Part shown: positions 63,395 through 64,000 of the stretch, in pieces
Layout: the number at the start of each line of letters is the position of its first letter
Position numbering within the stretch: the first letter of the stretch is position 1
Assembly: GCF_006345805.1 (NCBI RefSeq)
Contig: NC_042998.1
Coordinates: forward strand, 200,570,001-200,634,000
Reading direction: 5' to 3'
DNA: 64,000 bases
Origin: Octopus sinensis
Lineage: Eukaryota
The notes under the pieces: generated by a model
The model's input: the letters and a program-made list of their open reading frames with translations, nothing else
What the model was told of the DNA's origin: nothing
Database searches by the model: none
Translations under genes and position numbers: made by a program

Positions 63395-64000
63395 AGATTT
63401 GATGAAGCTTGCTTCCTGGATTCTCAAGTACATGATGTTACTTTTAATGATTCTGGTAATAAAATCGATGGCTTGACCCTTGCATTTATGAAGCTGCACA
63501 TTGTAACTCATGTGGTAAGTCTGTATATTTTACTTCGTTCGATATTAATTGTACTGCAGGTGATGTACATTGAGAACATTCTACTTCATATACGGAATAT
63601 GCTGTGAAAAAAAAAAGAACAACCACTGCTACACCCATATCAAAAATAGCTACTGATATCTACAAAGTTAGTTGTATAAAGGGGACGGATATACGTCAAA
63701 CTCGTTCAGGGTTTACTTTACAGGAATAACTATCGAAGATACTACCACTTTTTCATCAAAAACTTTGCATCCTGGCCAACTGCTTCAGTCACTGAGCGCA
63801 TGCGTGTTGCATTCTCTAAATTCTGCAAATATTATTAGATAAGCAATGCTGTTCAACATGTATATCTGTTACGATATCTAGCAGACTTTCCAAAAGTGGT
63901 TTGATGCCAATAGTAAACATTTAGCGCTCTTCACTCACTATAAGATTAAGATCAAATCTATCAGGTTTTGTACTTAAATACGTTTAGTACTGTCTCCAAG

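Noticed and set aside
62893-63559. Two GTAAGT...CAG segments of 43 and 45 nt resembling tiny introns
   Set aside because: Splicing out the first gives no long frame consistent with the downstream peptide, and the lengths are very short for this kind of genome.

Overview
AT-rich, microsatellite-dense eukaryotic DNA with no host protein-coding exon, tRNA or rRNA gene that I can support; it reads as intergenic or deep-intronic sequence. The SINE families and the mix of RTE, R4/Dong-like, Tx1 and Penelope-like elements resemble those of Octopus (inference from recognising the repeats, not a database result). Much of the window is transposon debris: two or three tRNA-derived SINE families (about 20 copies), a 5'-truncated RTE LINE, degenerate RTE-like and CR1-like fragments, four restriction-like-endonuclease (R4/Dong-type) LINE pieces, two Tx1-clade 3' ends, mariner elements, a DIRS-like remnant and Penelope-like terminal repeats. 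Two signals stand out. (1) A complete type I hammerhead ribozyme fold at 19053-19157 with an unusually large stem II insert, plus minimal or degenerate hammerhead cores in Penelope-like repeats. (2) An apparent partitioning of microsatellites as insertion targets: Tx1 in (TATC)n, RLE-LINEs in (TAA)n, Penelope-like repeats in (TA)n. Several fold-back and duplication structures are also present. Boundaries of degenerate elements are approximate.
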